From Octopus vulgaris (lineage: Eukaryota), in the NCBI GenBank assembly GCA_951406725.2, contig OX597837.1:47988001-48052000 (forward strand): a DNA stretch of 64,000 bases, written 5' to 3'. This document shows, piece after piece, positions 58,252 through 64,000 of the stretch; within the stretch, counting starts at the first letter, position 1, and every line of letters begins with the position of its first letter. Under the pieces are notes generated by a model, which had not been told where the DNA came from, did no database searches, and saw only the letters and a list, made by a program, of their open reading frames with translations. The translations under genes were made by a program, and so were the position numbers.

Positions 58252-59691
58252 AGAATCTCTCCTCGCTGCTTCACAACCAGTTGTGTGTCCCGTTGTTGTC
58301 GGGTAGTCTTCAAAATAATTCTTTGGCAGGCTTTCCGTATGGCACACCAACATAAGTTAGATGTTCCTCGTTTTGACGGGGGATTTTTCCACCACACTTT
58401 TGTAAATGATGTTTGAAAATTGATGACTGCTCCCTCCTTCAACTTCCGGACCCATTTTGGCCTCTTTTTTTCTTTTTTCTTTTTTTCCACTACGCACTTA
58501 AAAACGATGGGCGAAAGCATGAAAATTTTTAAAAAAAGTGATAATAATAAAAGAATTGGAAATCGGTGATCACCATTACAATCTCCACTTCCTTTATTTT
58601 CAAACAGAAAATGAATTGCAATTTCAAAAAAGTAGCGAAATCGTTTACTAAATTTTTTCATTAACCTAACCCTAACCCTAACCCTCCATAAATTCTAAAA
58701 TTTCGGGTTTTTTTCAAAATTTTTTGTCATAATTTTAAAATACGGACAGTCGAAATCTGCAATCTGTTTCTGTTTATAATTTCCAAACGAAATGATGTGT
58801 GATTTAAGGGAGAACTTCTAGTACATCCCACGACCACCTGGTACCTTTCTCGTTTCTGTGTCACTCTGACATAAATTGATGCTTTTTTTTCAATATTTTT
58901 ATCCATACATAAACACATTTTATGAAATGATGATGAGTTGGTCCGTTGCTGGATTTTAAGCAACAACAAAACAAATTGTAATTTAAAATTCTGGCTCCCA
59001 TCCCGCATCAAACGAGTCTGTGTGCGTGTGTGCATGCGGGCATATAAGACAAAAATATATTTACTTACAGAAAAGCAGTGGTGGCTCGTGTATAGGCACT
59101 ACGGAACTGCACCCCCCCATTTCCACTCGATAATGAGTCCTTTTTTCTTTAATTCTTTATATAATCCTTAAGCCTTATTTGTACATTATATAATCCTTAA
59201 ACCTAATGTCAGTTTATGAAAAAAATACAAAATTCCTTGTATAGAACTGTGCGTTTCACTGTTGGCTGTTGTGCGCATGCTCACATGTCCGAGATAGGAA
59301 GCTTCACGCTAGGGAGAGAGAGAGCACTGTGGTTCACACAGTGCCGACCCTGGTGTGCTGGTGATAGGTAGTGTTTGTTTTTGACTACGCGTGTATTGTG
59401 CTTAAAAACGTATTTTTATTCTTGAATGTGATAAAGTGTAGAATTACATTATTATCCTGCTTCCAGCTACAGTGTTATTGCCAGGATTTGAAAAATAGGG
59501 CAGATTTTTCCCCCTTATGTTGTGATTTAGGAAAGACTTGTGAAAAACAAGGGGGAATTCGCGACAGTGTTCAGTGAACAAATTAAGCTCGCTACCCGGC
59601 AGTTGGTAAAATGCAAACTGATCGAGTTTATGTCTAAATATTCTTTTTATATGTTTGTTTCCTTATACACAATATTAAAACAACGGCATAG

Positions 59692-59904
59692 TGGCGAGCT
59701 GGCAGAGTGGTTAGCACGTCGGACGAAATGCTTAGCGGTATTTCGTCTGCCGCTACGTTCTGAGTTCAAATTGCGCCGAGGTCGACTTTGCCTTTCATCC
59801 TTTCGGGGTCGATAAATTAACCGCAGTGGCGTACTGGGGTTGATCTAATCAAGTGGCCACCTCACCAAAAATATCTGGCCTTGTGCCTAGAGTAGAAAGG
59901 AATT
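59692..59904 (+). mobile_element. SINE family A with possible TSD ttaaaacaac
   Basis: Family A head; ttaaaacaac at 59675-59684 and 59905-59914. Confidence 0.85.
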
Positions 59905-60142
59905 TTAAAACAACAGCTAAAAATTTTCGGAAGCAGTTCTCCAACTCGCGTCGAACTATATTTATGTGTCAAGAATCTAAAGAATGCGCATGCGTAAGGG
60001 ACTGCAGTTAGCTGCTTATTAGAGTGCCTGAAGTTTAGTGTCGCCAAAAAGCGAACGATTTTGGGGGCCAACACAGTATTATATATATATATATATATAT
60101 AAATATATATATGACCACAAGCTTGCGTGCTTGTCTAAAATT

Positions 60143-61141
60143 GATAACGTCCAGGTTTCTGAGCCATATAGTAGAATTGGTTCGACTGTGACTTTGAATA
60201 TTTCAAGTTTGAAGTCTCTACTTAGATTTGATGACCAGATCTTATGCATGTCATTACAGGCTGACCAGGCCATACCCTTTCTAGTTAGAAAGTCTTTTCC
60301 AGATGATGATATGTATGACCCAAGATATTTATAATCAGAAACCATATTTAAGGGCGCGTTGTTGAGAGTATGGATGATGCAATCACTGTTGGACAGGCAC
60401 TTGTTTATGTATTCAGTTTTGGCCTCATTGAGGTAAAGACCTACACAATTTGAGGCTTGTTCAAGCGATTGTAAAAGAGACTGGGCATTGGAGAGAGAAT
60501 CACTGATAAGAGCGATGTCGTCAGCAAAGTCAGTGTCTGTCAAGTACTCAGCTGGGTGTCTGGAACTTCTTCTTGGTTTTATTTCAAAGTCCTTGCCAGA
60601 GATGGTATCAACTGACATACGTAGCACATAATCAACAACAATGATGAAAAGAAATGGGGCGAGTGTGTCTCCCTGCAGAATTCCGGCTTTGATTGAAAAA
60701 GATGATGTTTCTCCGTCAGGGGTTAAGATGGTTGAGGACGTATCTGTGTAGAGGACCTTGATGGCAGAAATGATTGAGAGGCGGTTGGATGGAACCTACA
60801 CTCGCCTCCTTATGAGAGCTCAAAATCTCTCGTGGAAGCGCCATCCAACCAAAATGCAAATATATGGGAAACTACCACCTGTGTCATCTCTTGTGAAAGG
60901 TAGGAGAGTCCAGTTTGCTGGACATTGTTGTAGAGCTGAAAAAGAAGTAATTTCTACTCTTCTCCTCCGGAAGCCATCTACTCGCAATACCAGAGGGCGC
61001 ACACTCTCCTACCCTGATGTAATCTCCAGGGATACAGGCATCCAGCAACAGGACCTCCGTAATGCCATGATGGACCGTGAAGTCTGGCGTAGCATGGTAA
61101 ATTCCATTGTCTCGACCACGGTCGAATAATGATGATGATGA
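60143..61141 (+). mobile_element. 5'-truncated, 5'-inverted RTE-group (RTE/Proto2-like) LINE
   Basis: Minus-strand RT (GILQGDTLAPFLF, FADD, YKYLG, LLYGSETWTLS) at 60143-~60775; plus-strand continuation ERRLDGTYTRLL..FAGHC..VE* ending in (GAT)n; TSD tgtctaaaatt at 60132-60142 and 61142-61152. Confidence 0.9.
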
Positions 61142-61400
61142 TGTCTAAAATTAAATACAGCCAAACTGGCACATAATGGGAAAATACTCTGAAAGTAAGA
61201 TGCTATTGAAATGTGAATACAAACGGAATAAGACAAGTTTTGCTTAGATCAGATCTCCGGTTCTCGAGGGACGCAGTTTTTCGGGAACTTTGAACTACTG
61301 GTGACTCAACAGGTCACGGATAGTCTAGGGGGGGGGGGGTTAGAAAGAAAGGGAGACTGGAATAGAATTTGCTTAACATCGAGGGAAAATACTTAATCCA

Positions 61401-61750
61401 GGCGTGTTTGTGTCGTTAGAACTTTGCTTCCCAACCACGTGGTTCCTTCCAAGTTCAGTCCCATTGCATGATACTTTGGTCAAATGTCTTCTACAACAGC
61501 TTCAGGCTGACGGAAGCCTTATGAGTGAACTGGTAGAAAGAAACTGAAAGAACCCTGTCTATATATAACCGGTGTTGGTGTGTTCACGTTCCCGTAAGCT
61601 AGCAGTTCGGCAAAAGATAACGATAAAATAAGTACCAGGGTTTGCAAAAAAAGTACAGGTGTTGATTCGTTCGACTAAAATTCTTTAAGGTTGTGCCCCA
61701 GCATGGCCGCAATCTAATGACTGAAACAGGTAAAATATAAAGATAAAAGA
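61401..61750 (+). mobile_element. SINE family B
   Basis: ttgcttcccaaccacgtggttcc...ccccagcatggccgcaatctaatgactgaaaca. Confidence 0.8.
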
Positions 61751-62282
61751 TGATCCTAACTCCACATCTGTCTGTCACTCTTTTTCTCTAACTCCCACCT
61801 CTCTCTTCCATTCGTCCCTCTGCTTTCTCTCTCTCTCTCTCTCATTCTTCAATCGTATTACATACTTTCTCTTTCCCCTTCTCATTCTCTCTCCTCCTCC
61901 GTGTATTCGTTTACCACTCCCTTCCCAATACCAACCCCTTCAACGTAAATGAAGCAAGAGGAGCGGCAGGAGGAGACATCGATAAAATGAGGTGGAAGGG
62001 TGGCAAACGGGTGTCAGGAAGGATGATAGGTATTACACAGTCGTTGGAGGGAAGGGGTTGTAGGGCGTGGTTGGCGAGGGTGAGGGAAGTGCGGGTGGGT
62101 CGATGGGAGTAATTCTTAGTTAAAGTGTAGAGAAGGGGTCAGTCCAAAACACTCGGGTGTCTGGTTATTAAGGAGCAGCTTTCCCCCACCACCCCTACCT
62201 CCGCCACCAACACCTCATCCCTCTCCCACAGACATTACAACCAGCACCTATGCTATAACAGTTCTTAGGGGACACCCGGATG

Positions 62283-62645
62283 TGCTAGACACAGCAGCCA
62301 AATTTCCCTCAGAAATTTGCTGTGAGTAACGTGGAACTCGATTCCTTGTTAATGGGAAAACAGGATGGTCACGGCTGGAATGGTCATCATAGGTGTGCTC
62401 CTAGGGCTAACAACAATAATAGAACCTGCTAGCTAGAAACAGCAGCCAAATTATCTTCATCGCATCCGTCTTTTTAAAACAAGTCTCAAATAACTGTCTT
62501 CGATTATCGATCTGCTCGATAAGTATTGACAACAACAACAACACTGCCCGCTAGATATAGCAGCCAAATTTCCATCAAATCTCACTGTACAATCTCAATA
62601 GAAGATCACGGCTGGAATTGGCTGACCTAGGGTTAAACAACAAAA
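62283..62645 (+). repeat. Three diverged tandem units of a dispersed ~100-150 bp repeat
   Basis: gctaga.a.agcagccaaatt ... acggctggaat ... tagggctaaacaacaa repeated; related pieces near 1000-1260, 10300-10450, 19500-19620 and 54415-54545. Confidence 0.6.
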
Positions 62646-63504
62646 ACAAAACGAGGACTCTACCTCACACATACACACATTACTTGTCATTGATACACAC
62701 TTTCTATGTGTGTATCTATACATATATATATATATACACACACACTCAACACGGAGTGCGAGACACGACTTAATGTTGACTTGGAACCACGAAACATTTA
62801 AAGATTAATTAGAGACGAGAAATGAACAATAAACGGAACAGCTACCGGCTGAGCTTCCATTCTGGCTTAACTCCCTCCGTGAAATTGCCTTTAATTCATT
62901 CATCAATTTATAAATTGTGTGTATGTGTGTAGTATATGGTCAGCGCGTTTTATGTGGTGTGTGTATGTGGATATGTGATTTTCGTAGTGCGTGCGTGTGT
63001 ATATGCATGCATGTACGTGTATGGCTGTGAGTGTGTGTAGCTGTCTTGGCGGTGGGGGATGTATGCGCGTGTGTTAATCAGTATGTGTATGAGTAAATGT
63101 GCGAGTGAAAATGCGCGTTTCGGTGGTGGTGGTGATGGTGGTGGCGGCGGCAGCGGTGGTGGTGGTGGCGGCGGCGGCAGCGGTGGTGGTGGTGGTGGCG
63201 GCAGCGGTGGTGGTGGCGGCGGCAGTGGTGGGGGTGTCGGTAACAGAATATTGTGGAAAGATAAAAAAAAAAAACGCCGTTCCAGCAAGTTGTCACTCCT
63301 CAAAGATGAAAGGAGGCCACTGTCCCACCCAGCTCACGCGACCATCCCACCTCTGGGTGGGTGGGCACACGTGCCGCATTGCCAAGCTGTTTTCAAGCAG
63401 AAACACTCCAAATAAACCAATCGACCAACGATCGAATTTCACCAACAGCCGTCGAGGGTTTTTTTTTTTCTATAGAGTTTAATAGCACAGTAATCGATCA
63501 TGTT

Positions 63505-63810
63505 GTTGGTGGTGGCGGTGGCGTAGAGGTGGTGGTGGTGGTGGTGGTGGTGGCGTAGAGGTGGTGGTGGTGGTGGTGGTGGTGGTGGTGGGGTGGTGGT
63601 GGTGGTGGTGGTGTGGGTGGTGGTGGTGGTGGTGGTGGTGTGGGTGGTGGTGGTGGTGGTGGTGGTGGCGTAGAGGTGGTGTGAGTGGTGGTGGTGGTGG
63701 TGGTGTGGGTGGTGGTGGTGGTGTGGTGGTGGTGGTGGTGGTGGCGTAGAGGTGGTTGTAGTGATGGTGGTGGTGGTGGTGGTGGTGGCGTAGAGGTGGT
63801 GGTGGTGGTG
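63505..63810. repeat. (GGT)n microsatellite with GGCGTAGA interruptions
   Basis: Directly visible. Confidence 0.9.
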
Positions 63811-64000
63811 TGCTGTTGTTTTGGTTGTTATTCTTCTAATTGTTATTGTTTCTGCTGTTGATGTTGTTATTACTCTTATTGATTCGCTTCTTTCTGTTCC
63901 TTTATATTGATGTTGTTGTTGTTGTTGTCGTAGCTATTGATGTTATTTATCTCTGTTCTTGTTGTTATCTGCGTTCTCTATCTTTTGCCAAACATTGTAA

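Noticed and set aside
59326-59344. CACTGTG-gttca-CACAGTG, resembling RAG/Transib RSS heptamers
   Set aside because: No nonamers, partner TIRs or transposase found; a short chance palindrome is sufficient
62950-63749. Pro-, Gly- and Trp-rich ORFs
   Set aside because: GGT/GGC trinucleotide repeats

Overview
Eukaryotic, AT-rich, repeat-dense genomic DNA. The tRNA-derived SINE families and very dense (TA)n/(CA)n/(GA)n microsatellites point to a cephalopod, most likely Octopus (inference from recalled repeat families). Almost all listed ORFs are microsatellite artefacts. The one host gene I can support is the 3' part of POLR2E/RPB5 (shared RNA polymerase subunit), as three + strand exons missed by the ORF track: 308-366, 1464-1542 and 19908-19973. 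They are separated by a minor-spliceosome (U12-type GT-AG) intron and an 18.4 kb U2-type intron. The rest is TE material: several SINE families, mariner/Tc1 relics and MITEs, non-autonomous Helitrons, fragments of Hero-, RTE- and possibly Gypsy-type retroelements, long palindromes and compound TA arrays. Highlights: (1) a SINE fragment apparently duplicated the U12 branch point, creating a correctly spaced decoy 3' splice site whose use gives an immediate TAG; (2) a young RTE-group LINE with a twin-priming-type 5' inversion and an 11-bp TSD; (3) a dispersed repeat carrying a minimal hammerhead-like motif with an atypical core; (4) several fold-back elements and one pre-miRNA-like hairpin. No CRISPR or prokaryotic system is present.
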